A stretch of DNA of 20,000 bases, from assembly GCA_018398765.1 (NCBI GenBank), contig JAHBMJ010000168.1:115850-135849 (forward strand), in the 5' to 3' direction. Below are positions 19,701 to 20,000 of this stretch, one piece after another. The stretch comes from Chromera velia (Eukaryota). The notes under the pieces were generated by a model. The model saw only the letters and a list, made by a program, of their open reading frames with translations. It searched no databases and had not been told where the DNA came from. How positions within the stretch are numbered: position 1 is the stretch's first letter; each line of letters begins with the position of its first letter. The translations under genes were made by a program, and so were the position numbers.

Positions 19701-19907
19701 CTGTGTTGGCTGGACACCTCTGATTGCTCGTGGGAGTGGTTGCCTCGGTGCAAAGGAGTTGTCCGACAAGTAGAAGGGTTGCCGGACTGGTTTGGGTCGC
19801 TCAATCAGGTCAGTTCGTTTTGTGTCGTTCCACCAGCAACAGGGGGGGGTAGATCCTCTCGCAGAGGTATGAAACAACCCAATTTCGTACCCCTGGTGGA
19901 GGGGGGA

Positions 19908-20000
19908 GGTCCGACCTGCTCTAGAGGTTTGCGTCCAAAATGTGTCTAGGAGTGTTTCCTAGACATATTTTGGACGCAAACCTGCAGAGCAGGTCGGACC
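19908..20000. repeat. Long palindrome, 44-bp arms with 5-nt loop, running to the window edge
   Basis: 19908-19951 matches the reverse complement of 19957-20000 at 41/44. The loop is GTGTT. Confidence 0.95.

Overview
Eukaryotic draft-assembly window with two N gaps (9081-9156, 14486-14817), microsatellites and minisatellites. The composition resembles a repeat-rich protist genome, but the host cannot be identified from sequence alone. The main feature is a ~4.7 kb island (~1270-6046) of tightly packed, intronless, minus-strand ORFs that looks like an endogenised giant-virus (Nucleocytoviricota) fragment. One ORF carries a motif I recall from NCLDV hypothetical proteins (LLPVM..RFNL.EI.KQ..LLEDHL...KRC.DCI.KH). 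The spacer after it has a 13-bp hairpin matching the mimivirus-type 3'-end rule, and part of that hairpin recurs in a second spacer. The island is decaying (frameshifts, stops, a damaged start codon) and is cut on the right by an LTR-like segment. The rest of the window holds a tRNA-headed structured Pol III/SINE-like unit, a 1.5 kb DNA transposon with TIRs and an 8-bp TSD whose empty site appears to be present in a paralogous repeat in the same window, three minisatellite arrays, several long hairpins, spliced exon remnants and a degenerate copia-like pol. Family assignments come from recalled motifs, not database searches.
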